Positions 18,758-27,161 of a DNA stretch of 64,000 nt are shown here, piece by piece. Each line of letters begins with the position of its first letter. The stretch's first letter is position 1. A program made the position numbers and the translations under genes. This DNA comes from Candidatus Iainarchaeum sp. (GTDB lineage: Archaea; Iainarchaeota; Iainarchaeia; Iainarchaeales; JAZDFD01), in assembly GCA_043808155.1 (NCBI GenBank), contig JAZDFD010000024.1, forward strand, positions 3,265-67,264. Direction: 5' to 3'. The notes under the pieces are model-generated. The model saw only the letters and a program-made list of their open reading frames with translations, had not been told where the DNA came from and searched no databases.

Positions 18758-20139
18758 GAAAATACAGCAGAGAACTTGATTGTTTTTTCTATCCCGAACA
18801 TATTGCAATTATTGGTGCAAGTTCGGAAGAAAGAAGCATAGGAAAACAGCTGTTCACTAATTTTATGGGAACTAAACTCAGCAAGAAAACGTATCCTGTA
18901 AACCCTTTTCACAAAAATGTTCTTGGAAAGAAAGCATATGTTTCTGTCAAAGACATTCCTTATGATATTGATCTTGCAATAATTGCAATTCCTGCAAAAC
19001 ATGTCCCGAATGCATTACAGGACTGTTCAGACAAGGGAGTTAAGGGCGTGATAATTATAAGTTCAGGTTTTAAGGAAGCCGGAAATGAGGATTTAACTGA
19101 AAAAATGAAAAAAATAATCCGGGAAAATAAAACAATGCGTGTTGTAGGTCCAAATTGTTTTGGAGTATTAATGCCTGAAATAGGACTTAACACTACTTTT
19201 TCAGTTAAGGAAAAGTCACATCTTCCAAAACACGGAAATCTTTCATTTTTCAGTCAGTCAGGTGCATTGGGTGTTGCAATACTTGACTGGGCATCTACTC
19301 AAAATTTTGGAATTCACAAATTCATGTCATATGGCAATGCAATAGATGTTGATGAAACAGACATCTTGGATCATATGGGACATGATAAAGGTTCGAAAGT
19401 TGTTACTGCATATATCGAAGAAGTCAAACGCGGACGGAAGTTTATGGAGACTGCTAAAAAAGTCTCAAAAAGAAAACCTTTCGTGGTATTAAAAGGCGGG
19501 TCTCAGAAAGCTACACATCATGCAATTTCATCACATACAGGGAGCCTGGCAGGTGACATGAAAGTTTATGAAGCTGTGTTTAAGCAGACTGGAATTGTGC
19601 ATGCAAAAAATATGAGAGAATTATTTTCTTTTGCAAAAATTCTTGAAAATGAACCAATTGCAAATGGTAACAGAACTGCAATAATAACAAACGGTGGAGG
19701 CTATGGAATTGTTACTGCAGATGAATTTACAAAAAATAATTTAACACTTGCGAAATTAAGCTCAGGAAGCATTAAAAAATTAAAACAAATTTTGCCGCCT
19801 GCTGCAGGATTTGGAAATCCAATTGATATGCTTGGTGGTGCAGGTGAAAAAGAATATGCATTTGCAACAAAAACTGCACTTAATGACAAAAACGTTGACA
19901 TGATTGCAGTGCTTGTTTTGTTCAATACACCGACTGTTGATCAGAAAACTGTAAAAGAACTTATTAAAATAAAAAAGACTGCAAAAAAACCTCTTGTTGT
20001 GCTTACATTTGGAAGCGGTTACACACAGCACAGAAAAGATGAATTTGAAAAAGGCAGGATAATTACATATGATTACCCTGATATTGCTGCACGGAGTTTA
20101 GAAGCACTTGCAAAATACTCTGCTTTTGTAAAAAGATAA
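18754..20139 (+). CDS. acdA: ADP-forming acetyl-CoA synthetase alpha-like subunit (CoA-binding/succinyl-CoA-ligase fold)
   Basis: FFYPEHIAIIGAS N-terminus, GPNCFG, SQSGALG and HTGSLAG motifs. ATG at 18754 overlaps the cutA stop (ATGA). No beta/ATP-grasp subunit is adjacent. Confidence 0.7.
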   Translation: MRKYSRELDCFFYPEHIAIIGASSEERSIGKQLFTNFMGTKLSKKTYPVNPFHKNVLGKKAYVSVKDIPYDIDLAIIAIPAKHVPNALQDCSDKGVKGVIIISSGFKEAGNEDLTEKMKKIIRENKTMRVVGPNCFGVLMPEIGLNTTFSVKEKSHLPKHGNLSFFSQSGALGVAILDWASTQNFGIHKFMSYGNAIDVDETDILDHMGHDKGSKVVTAYIEEVKRGRKFMETAKKVSKRKPFVVLKGGSQKATHHAISSHTGSLAGDMKVYEAVFKQTGIVHAKNMRELFSFAKILENEPIANGNRTAIITNGGGYGIVTADEFTKNNLTLAKLSSGSIKKLKQILPPAAGFGNPIDMLGGAGEKEYAFATKTALNDKNVDMIAVLVLFNTPTVDQKTVKELIKIKKTAKKPLVVLTFGSGYTQHRKDEFEKGRIITYDYPDIAARSLEALAKYSAFVKR

Positions 20140-21369
20140 TTACTTTTTAGTTTTGGAAAACATTTCAATAACTTTTTCATTTTCCCCTGCTTCCAGAAGT
20201 TCGAAAATTCGTTCATAATCTAATTCATTTCCAAAGTCAGTCTGGGAAAGATTCTTTCCCAGCAGTTCAAGTCCCAGTACGGAAATTGATTTCTTTGATT
20301 TCTGCAGTTCTCTTAATTCTGCCATGCTTTTTTTGAATGACATTGTTGAAAAATCAGTGGATATTGAAAGGATTGCTTTGTCTTTAAATTTTTCTTTTAT
20401 TTCTGTTATTTTAATGTCTGATGGCGCATAGCCTTTCGCGAGTTTTCCCTTAATCTTTACACGTATCAGTGGTTTCATTGAATCATTATTTGAAAGAAAC
20501 TCAGAAATCTTAGTTTCAAAAATTTCATTTGCCTGTTCAGGAGTTGCGTTATCTAATTTTTCAGAATAATAGTAAAGTTTTCTTTGATTTGGGAGAGACA
20601 TGAACTCTTTGCTCATCATTTGCGTGTCAATCACATAAATTCCTTTTGGTTTTTCAGACTCCAGGTTTTTCATCTGAGTTGTGATTGTGGAACCTGGCAT
20701 TAAGAATTCAATTCCATGCTCTGAAATTTCAGAAGTCCAGTGAAGATGGCCATTGATTATTAAATCAAAATTTTTTGGGAGATTTTCAATTCCAATGGTT
20801 GCAATCATTTCATCTTCAAATGGCAGGAATTCCTTTATTGATTGGTGAAGCATCAGAATATTCTTCGCATCCTTTACTGGTTGCGGATTCCATATTTTTA
20901 AGGCATTTAAAGCCATTTTTTCAGGAACTCCGCCTAATCCATGAATTGCCACTTTTTCAGAATTCTTTTCGAGAACAATGTATTCTGCATGAAGATGGAT
21001 TATGAAACCTGCACTTTCCAAAACATCTAATGCATTACAAAAATCTTTTGACCTGTATTCATGGGTTCCGTGGATTGCAATTAGTGGAATATGATTCAGA
21101 GTAATTTCTTTTGTTTCTGAATTTTTTGTTCTTTTTAGAATGAATGTGCCCTGCGAGTTTTTAATTTCTGAAAGAATTTTAAAAGTTTTTTCCCATGTTT
21201 CCTGATCAGGAATTTGAGTATCAAAAAAATCACCAGCGTGAATTATTAAATCTGGTTTTTGTGAGAGTGCCAAGCTCAATGCATTTTTTGTATTTTCAAA
21301 ACTTTCTTCAAATCGTTCTGTTCCTTTGCCAAAACCTAAGTGCGTGTCTGTGAAAACTGCAATTTTCAT
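20140..21369 (-). CDS. mre11: Mre11-type DNA repair nuclease (calcineurin-like phosphoesterase)
   Basis: Phosphoesterase motifs FTDTHLG, HAGDFFD, IHGTHEY, LHQ and NGHLH; 409 aa. Confidence 0.8.
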   Translation of the reverse strand: MKIAVFTDTHLGFGKGTERFEESFENTKNALSLALSQKPDLIIHAGDFFDTQIPDQETWEKTFKILSEIKNSQGTFILKRTKNSETKEITLNHIPLIAIHGTHEYRSKDFCNALDVLESAGFIIHLHAEYIVLEKNSEKVAIHGLGGVPEKMALNALKIWNPQPVKDAKNILMLHQSIKEFLPFEDEMIATIGIENLPKNFDLIINGHLHWTSEISEHGIEFLMPGSTITTQMKNLESEKPKGIYVIDTQMMSKEFMSLPNQRKLYYYSEKLDNATPEQANEIFETKISEFLSNNDSMKPLIRVKIKGKLAKGYAPSDIKITEIKEKFKDKAILSISTDFSTMSFKKSMAELRELQKSKKSISVLGLELLGKNLSQTDFGNELDYERIFELLEAGENEKVIEMFSKTKK

Positions 21370-22281
21370 TTATATCACATCAATCATTTTGTAAAGCTCA
21401 TTTAACATTTCAGTAGGATATAAAAGCAAGGGTCTGAAAACCAAAATTTGTAATTTTTCATCAGCTTTGCGATATGCTTCAAAACTTTTGTCATCAAGAG
21501 ATGTGTCTGCAATAACAAATGCTTCAATATTTTTTGATTCAATAAGATTTCGCGAGTGCGATAATTCAGTGATTGTGAATTTACGCCCTGCATTCCATTT
21601 TACTAAAGGTTCAATATGGGAAACTATTTTTTCTGTTTCAATTTCAACTACTGGGAAAATGTTACAGCCACGTTTTATCATTATTAATGCTGCTGCAAGT
21701 TCTTCTTTTCTACCTGTGAAAAACATTGCAACATTTCCCTGTGAACCTAATGGGAGACCCCCGAAACATTTTGTTTCTTCAAAATAAATATAGAAATTGC
21801 CTTTTCTGACTTCAGCCAACACTTTCTTATCGGGATTATTGAGATTTACTATGAGATTTAATTCTGAGAATTTTTCATTTATTTTTGAACCCAATAAAAT
21901 TTCCAAATCTTTTGATTTGTGTTCTTTTTCAAGTGATTTTACGCGGACAGCAAAACTGTCATTTTCCTCAAATAAATCCTCAACTGCATCTAAAACTTTC
22001 TCTGTGAAATGTTTTTGATTAGTGAATTTGTGCTGTTCTGCTTCTGCAAATGAGTGAATGCCGACAGTTGTTTTCAGGATTTTTTCAGCTTTTTTGAAAT
22101 CATCTGTGTAAAGATACATTCTTCCGCCTGCTGAGATTATTTTTTTCACAACTGCATTTTCACGCTTCATTGGGAATTTTATGCTGTCTCTGAGCTTGTG
22201 CATGAAATAGCTTCTCACAAAACTGGTTTTGAGTGAGATTTCTGGTGCTGTCTTTATTATGATACAATTTGGACTGAACAT
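21370..22281 (-). CDS. ThiI-like THUMP-domain protein with a degenerate PP-loop
   Basis: The N-terminal ferredoxin-like/THUMP region (IIKTAPEISLKT...FAVRVK) and C-terminal RPL motif (VFRPLLLY) resemble ThiI. Where ThiI has SGGxDS, this ORF reads FFTGRKEELAAALIMIKRG. Its stop directly abuts the mre11 ATG. Confidence 0.5.
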   Translation of the reverse strand: MFSPNCIIIKTAPEISLKTSFVRSYFMHKLRDSIKFPMKRENAVVKKIISAGGRMYLYTDDFKKAEKILKTTVGIHSFAEAEQHKFTNQKHFTEKVLDAVEDLFEENDSFAVRVKSLEKEHKSKDLEILLGSKINEKFSELNLIVNLNNPDKKVLAEVRKGNFYIYFEETKCFGGLPLGSQGNVAMFFTGRKEELAAALIMIKRGCNIFPVVEIETEKIVSHIEPLVKWNAGRKFTITELSHSRNLIESKNIEAFVIADTSLDDKSFEAYRKADEKLQILVFRPLLLYPTEMLNELYKMIDVI

Positions 22282-22423
22282 ATGGAACTAGTTGAGTAAA
22301 AACATTTTAAAGGTCAAAGCATGGGGGTTTAAAACATTTTACTGAAATAAAATAGTTTATGCACAGGCTGTACCGAAGGCAAGTCCAACTGAAAGTTGGA
22401 CTACAGCTCAAGGATGTGGCCTT

Positions 22424-22494
22424 GCTGGACTGGCAGATAGGCTATGCACCCGCCTGCAGAGCGGGAGAGAGGGGTTCGATTCCCCTGTCCAGCT
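22424..22494 (+). tRNA. tRNA-Cys (anticodon GCA)
   Basis: Manual cloverleaf. Acceptor GCTGGAC/GTCCAGC; D arm with GG; anticodon stem CCCGC/GCGGG with loop CTGCAGA; 4-nt variable region; T arm AGGGG-TTCGATT-CCCCT; discriminator T. No encoded CCA; followed by a T-run. Confidence 0.85.
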
Positions 22495-22659
22495 TTTAAT
22501 TTGTATCGTGGCTATAAGCTTTAAAAAACCTTGTAGAGCCAATTATTAGAGCTATTTTTCCTGTAAAATGGAGTAAATGTAGCAAATGAGATATTACCAC
22601 AGTATCGAAGATACTGCATATATTTCGGAGCACCCGTACGAAATCGGGTGGTGATGGAT

Positions 22660-23442
22660 ATGGGTCTTAGACCAGGACATTGTTATAGTGACAAAAAGCA
22701 AGACAGAGCCTATACAAGGTTAGCTGTCAAAGTGCACAGAAGAAATTATATTGGTGCAGCACCTGGGTTAAAAACAAGACAATTTAACATGGGCAACGGT
22801 GCAAAAAAATATTCACACATTGTTGATTTGGTTGTGGATGAAAGTGTAAATGTAAGAGACAACGCAATTGAAGCTGTCAGAATTATGGTTACAAGATACA
22901 TCACAAAACATTTAGGAAAAGAGAATTTTTTTATGAGGGTGAGAATTTATCCTCATCACATTTTAAGAGAAAACAAACAGGCAAAGGGAGCACACGCAGA
23001 CAGAATTCAGCAAGGAATGTCACACGCATTTGGAAAACCAATTGGAAGAGCTGCGAGGGTGAGACCAAACCAAAAAATAGTTTCTATTTTAGTTGAAGAA
23101 CAAAACGTTAATGTTGCAAAGAACGCATTTAAAAGAGTTTTCAGCAAATTGCCCTGTTCAGCACATGTGAGAGTTGGAACAGACGTTGAATCAATCGGAA
23201 CTTTACCCAAGAAGAAAATCAGGGAACCAACAAAAACAAAGGGCACAGGCGGAGTTGCAGAAGCCACAGGTGAAAAGGCAGAAGAAGGAAAAGACGTCAA
23301 AAAGAAAGGTGCTAAAGGAAAGGATACAAAAGCTGAAACCCCAAAAGATGCTAAAGGTAAAGATGCAAAAGCTGACGGAAAGAAAGATGCTAAAGGAAAA
23401 GACGCAAAAACAGACGGAAAGAAAGACGCTAAAAAGAAATGA
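22660..23442 (+). CDS. rpl10e: Ribosomal protein uL16 (L10e) with a ~85-aa Lys-rich repetitive C-terminal extension
   Basis: MGLRPGHCY...AYTR..YIGGAPG...RIYPHHILRENK core. The GGTGGTGA Shine-Dalgarno-like run precedes the ATG at 22660; the track ORF starts at GTG 22648. The tail reads KDAKGKDAKADGKKDAKGKDAKTDGKKDAKKK. Confidence 0.85.
   Translation: MGLRPGHCYSDKKQDRAYTRLAVKVHRRNYIGAAPGLKTRQFNMGNGAKKYSHIVDLVVDESVNVRDNAIEAVRIMVTRYITKHLGKENFFMRVRIYPHHILRENKQAKGAHADRIQQGMSHAFGKPIGRAARVRPNQKIVSILVEEQNVNVAKNAFKRVFSKLPCSAHVRVGTDVESIGTLPKKKIREPTKTKGTGGVAEATGEKAEEGKDVKKKGAKGKDTKAETPKDAKGKDAKADGKKDAKGKDAKTDGKKDAKKK
23347..23439 (+). repeat. 39-nt tandem repeat (2.4 copies) encoding the DAKGKDAK(A/T)DGKK units of the uL16 tail
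   Basis: gatgctaaaggtaaagatgcaaaagctgacggaaagaaa / gatgctaaaggaaaagacgcaaaaacagacggaaagaaa / gacgctaaaaagaaa. Confidence 0.85.
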
Positions 23443-23493
23443 AATTTCTAATTCTGAATAAATTTATATTACATAGTGCCTTTACTATTAGCA

Positions 23494-23958
23494 ATGACTT
23501 ATAAGAAATTTGAAAATACCCTTGGGAATGAAGGGCAGGGTGCATTAGAATATTTAATGACTCATGCATGGGCAATGGTCGCACTTGCAGTTGTTATTGG
23601 CGTGATTATTTTTGTTTTTGGTAATATTTCAGGAAGTACATCTTGTACATCAGATGATACAAAAATAATTTACTATGATCATGCAGTTTCTGAAACTGGT
23701 GAATTGACACTTATTTTGCAGAATGCAACAGGCCGTTCAATTAATGAAGCAAGCACTGTTTTTTCAGGAGATTTTGCAGGTATTGGGTCAGTATCAACTA
23801 TTCCAGTACCTGAAGGCGAACTTTTTACAATTTCAGGCAATACTGATTTAGGAGACATCAGAGAATACAAAGGAAGAATTGAATTATCATATAAAACTAC
23901 AACAGGAATTCAGCACACTGTTAAGATTACCTGCTCCGGGGTAAAAGCTAGTTCTTAG
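23494..23958 (+). CDS. Class III signal peptide (archaeal type IV pilin-like) protein
   Basis: MTYKKFENTLGNEGQGALEYL followed by a hydrophobic helix (AWAMVALAVVIGVIIFVFG), which is the prepilin-peptidase substrate pattern. Confidence 0.5.
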   Translation: MTYKKFENTLGNEGQGALEYLMTHAWAMVALAVVIGVIIFVFGNISGSTSCTSDDTKIIYYDHAVSETGELTLILQNATGRSINEASTVFSGDFAGIGSVSTIPVPEGELFTISGNTDLGDIREYKGRIELSYKTTTGIQHTVKITCSGVKASS

Positions 23959-24019
23959 AATTAATTTTCAATCATGTTTATTAGATTCATTTTTATTGCT
24001 TTGGGAGTGCGTTTAATTT

Positions 24020-25009
24020 ATGCTTGAAATTAATTTGAAAGATGTTGTTAGTGAAATTAAAAAACACAAAGCCAAAATTATAGCAATACAAATACCTGAA
24101 GGTTTGAAAACCAAGGCATTAGAAATTTCTTCTGAAATTGAAAAAAAAGCAAAAGTTCAGACAATTATTTTCACAGACCCATGTTTTGGTGCGTGTGATT
24201 TGGCTGATGTGAAATCAAAAATTGTTGGTGCGGATTTGTTAGTTCATTTCGGGCATACAAAATTCTACAATCCAAAAATTGACACGATTTTTGTTCCATT
24301 AAAAGTGAAATTAAAGAAAAAGGATTTAGAAAAAGTAATTTCAAAATTAGCGGATGCGCTTTTAAATGAAAATGCAAAAAAAGTTGCACTGTGCGGAACA
24401 ATTCAGTATGCAGAATATTTTGATTTTTTGAAGAAAGAACTTAAGAAATCAAATATTGAAGTTTTTATTGGAAAAGGAAACATAACAGAACATGGTCAGG
24501 TACTTGGGTGTAATTATAGTGCTGTTAAAAACGTTGAAAATAAAGCTGACACTATAGTTTATTTTGGAGATGGTATGTTCCATCCTTTAGGGGTTTGGTT
24601 TGCAGTAGATAAAAATGTAATTATTGTTGATCCGATTGAAAATAAAGTGAAAATTCTTGAAAATGAAAGAGATTCTTTTTTAAGAAAAAGATTTGCGCAG
24701 ATTGAAATTGCTAAAAAAGCAAAAACTTTCGGAATTCTTGTTACTACAAAAACAGGGCAAATGAAAAGCAAAAAGGCATTTGAATTAAAGAAATTAATTG
24801 AGAGTAAAGGGAAGAAATCATTTATTTTGGTTTCTGATTTGATTAAACCAGAATATCTGCTGGGAATGAAAATTGATGCGCTTGTTAATACTGCCTGTCC
24901 GCGTATTGGTGTTGATGATTTTTCATATTTTAAAATTCCGATTTTAAATCCAAAAGAACTTGAAATTACACTCGGCAAAAGAAAATGGGAAAATTATGAA
25001 CTGGAGTGA
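24020..25009 (+). CDS. dph2: Diphthamide synthesis enzyme Dph2 (2-(3-amino-3-carboxypropyl)histidine synthase)
   Basis: 329 aa; IQIPEGLK, CFGACD and NTACPRI motifs typical of archaeal Dph2. Confidence 0.75.
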   Translation: MLEINLKDVVSEIKKHKAKIIAIQIPEGLKTKALEISSEIEKKAKVQTIIFTDPCFGACDLADVKSKIVGADLLVHFGHTKFYNPKIDTIFVPLKVKLKKKDLEKVISKLADALLNENAKKVALCGTIQYAEYFDFLKKELKKSNIEVFIGKGNITEHGQVLGCNYSAVKNVENKADTIVYFGDGMFHPLGVWFAVDKNVIIVDPIENKVKILENERDSFLRKRFAQIEIAKKAKTFGILVTTKTGQMKSKKAFELKKLIESKGKKSFILVSDLIKPEYLLGMKIDALVNTACPRIGVDDFSYFKIPILNPKELEITLGKRKWENYELE

Positions 25010-25807
25010 TTATTCATAATCATTACTTTCTGAACTTACAACTGTCCCAATGAATGAGTTTCCGCGGACTGAATTTTCAAAATTATCTAAGTTGTTTCCG
25101 TTAAGGAAAAGTGCTTTAATGCTGGAGCGGCGGAGAATGTTACATGCGGGAAGGTCAATTACTAAATTCTGACCTGGTTTGGATTCTGCTGAGGCAACCA
25201 GTTTCATAAGTTGGTCATAACCTAATTCAGAATACATTTTTGCACGCTTGTTTTTTGACGGGTCTGAGGAGTAAATGCCGTCTACATTTGACAGGTTTAT
25301 GAATTTCCCATTGAGAGATTCTGCAAGCAAGGCAGCAACAAAATCCGTGGTTGCACCAGGGAGAAGACCTCCATAAACAGGAATCTGGCCTGCGTCAATT
25401 AATTCTTTTGCTGAACCAATGTGAGTTAAAACTTCAGGATATGCTTTTTCTAAACCTGCAATCAAAAGAGTTGCATTAACGCGTGTGATTTTTATAGCTA
25501 ATTCATCCATAAAAAAATTATTAGTTCCAAGCTCTTTTGCAGCTGTTAAATAGTCTCTGCAAATTGCCCCGCCGCCAACTACTAATGCAAATTTGTATCC
25601 TTCACTATGCAGTCTTGAAATTGAATCTGCAATTGCGGAAACTTTTTCAGATGATACACCTTCACCTAAAAGAACTGAACCTCCGATTGACACAACGAAA
25701 ATATCACCATACGAAGAAGAGGAATATGAATTAGAAGATGACGAATATGAAGAATTTGAAGATACACTTTCGGATTCTTCATGATTTCCGAACAAATTTT
25801 CAAACAT
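25010..25807 (-). CDS. pyrH: UMP kinase (archaeal PyrH) with a Ser-rich N-terminal extension
   Basis: VVSIGGSVL, VVGGG, GATTD and DGIYSSDP amino-acid-kinase motifs. They are preceded by MFENLFGNHEESESVSSNSSYSSSSNSYSSSSYGD. Confidence 0.8.
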   Translation of the reverse strand: MFENLFGNHEESESVSSNSSYSSSSNSYSSSSYGDIFVVSIGGSVLLGEGVSSEKVSAIADSISRLHSEGYKFALVVGGGAICRDYLTAAKELGTNNFFMDELAIKITRVNATLLIAGLEKAYPEVLTHIGSAKELIDAGQIPVYGGLLPGATTDFVAALLAESLNGKFINLSNVDGIYSSDPSKNKRAKMYSELGYDQLMKLVASAESKPGQNLVIDLPACNILRRSSIKALFLNGNNLDNFENSVRGNSFIGTVVSSESNDYE

Positions 25808-25916
25808 GATAAAACCCCTTCTACGTGCCCGTTTCTAAGCACTTAACTGGGAAATATTTAATAGCTTATGGCAATACATCTTAATATTACTATTGTTTAA
25901 TTTGAACGTGATTTAA

Positions 25917-27161
25917 ATGGAACCCAATTTTGAAGAAGTTGATGAAGCAGAACTAATGCAGTTCAAGAAAAAGCTAGCGAAGCTTAAAACATATCAGGGA
26001 CGCGGCACTGAATTAATTTCGTTGTATCTGCCTGAAGATGTTGACAGAAGTTCAGTAATGGGTCAAATCACAGAAGAAACTTCACAGAGTAGCAATATAA
26101 AAAGTCCGACAACAAGGAAAAATGTTCAGGGTGCGTTAAGAAAAATAAACAACTTCCTGAAGCAGATTGATTTCAAATTACCAAAAAATGGTTTGGCTGT
26201 TTTCTGTGGAAACATCTCTGACATGGAGGGCAAATCAGACATTCAGTTAATGACCTTAAGACCCGCAATGCAATTAAAAGTAAAACTTTACAGATGTGAT
26301 TCAAAATTCTTTTTAGATCCAATGGACCAGATGATTAAGCCGAATGAAATTTATGCTTTAGCAACTGTTGACAAAAATGAAGCAACTATTGCACTGCTTT
26401 CAGGAAAAAAATATGAAATTCTCGGGCATTTTACTTCGGGAGTTGCAGGAAAAGCACGTGCAGGTGGTCAGAGTGCAAAAAGATTTGAACATTTGAGAGA
26501 AGAAGCTGCGCAGGACTTTTACAAACGAATAAGTGAAAAATTGAACGAAATTTTTCTCAAAGATGTTGATAAATTGAAAGGCATGATTATCGGCGGACCT
26601 GGAATGACAAAAACTTTTTTCATTAATAAAAATTTGATTGACCACAGACTGATGAATAAACTCATCGGAACTGTTGATACTGCATACACAGATGATTCAG
26701 GGATTAGGGAAATGGTAAACAAATCTGAAAAACTTCTGAAAGATACAGACATTATGAGAGAAAAATCAATTATCAATTCATTTATGGGAAATGTTGTGAA
26801 AAATAATCTTGGTGTTTATGGTAAAAAAGAAACCGAGGAAGCTGTAATGCTCGGGAAAGTAGACACTCTGCTAATTAGTGAAGAATTGGGTTGGATGGTT
26901 TACAGATATAAGTGTACTGTGTGCGGAAAAGAAAAAGAAATTACTACAAAAGAACCCAAAGAATTTGATCATAACGCAGTAAAATGCGAAAAATGCAATT
27001 CTGCAGTTGAGCTTATGGAAGAAGTTGATTACATAGATCACATGATTGAGAAAGCAAAACAGACAGGCTCAAAAATAAAGCTAATTTCTACAGATACATC
27101 GGAAGGCGAACAATTCCTCGCAGGTTTTGGCGGAATCGGTGCAATACTGAGGTATAAGTAA
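25917..27161 (+). CDS. prf1: Peptide chain release factor aRF1
   Basis: NIKS motif (SSNIKSPTT), GGQ motif (AGGQSAKRF), 414 aa. Confidence 0.9.
   Translation: MEPNFEEVDEAELMQFKKKLAKLKTYQGRGTELISLYLPEDVDRSSVMGQITEETSQSSNIKSPTTRKNVQGALRKINNFLKQIDFKLPKNGLAVFCGNISDMEGKSDIQLMTLRPAMQLKVKLYRCDSKFFLDPMDQMIKPNEIYALATVDKNEATIALLSGKKYEILGHFTSGVAGKARAGGQSAKRFEHLREEAAQDFYKRISEKLNEIFLKDVDKLKGMIIGGPGMTKTFFINKNLIDHRLMNKLIGTVDTAYTDDSGIREMVNKSEKLLKDTDIMREKSIINSFMGNVVKNNLGVYGKKETEEAVMLGKVDTLLISEELGWMVYRYKCTVCGKEKEITTKEPKEFDHNAVKCEKCNSAVELMEEVDYIDHMIEKAKQTGSKIKLISTDTSEGEQFLAGFGGIGAILRYK

Noticed and set aside
22382-22402. Hairpin with loop CTGAAAG considered as the anticodon arm of a tRNA-Phe(GAA) gene or tRNA half
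   Set aside because: No acceptor stem, D-arm or T-arm (GTTCRANYC) can be built around it, and the stem is 7 bp rather than 5. It is kept only as a structured leader element in the findings.
23174-23461. 95-aa alternative-frame ORF over the uL16 tail (K/E/Q-rich), and 25593..25784 (acidic E/Y/D-rich ORF antisense to the pyrH Ser-rich region)
   Set aside because: Both are by-products of low-complexity repeats in the annotated frames. Neither has independent start or promoter context.
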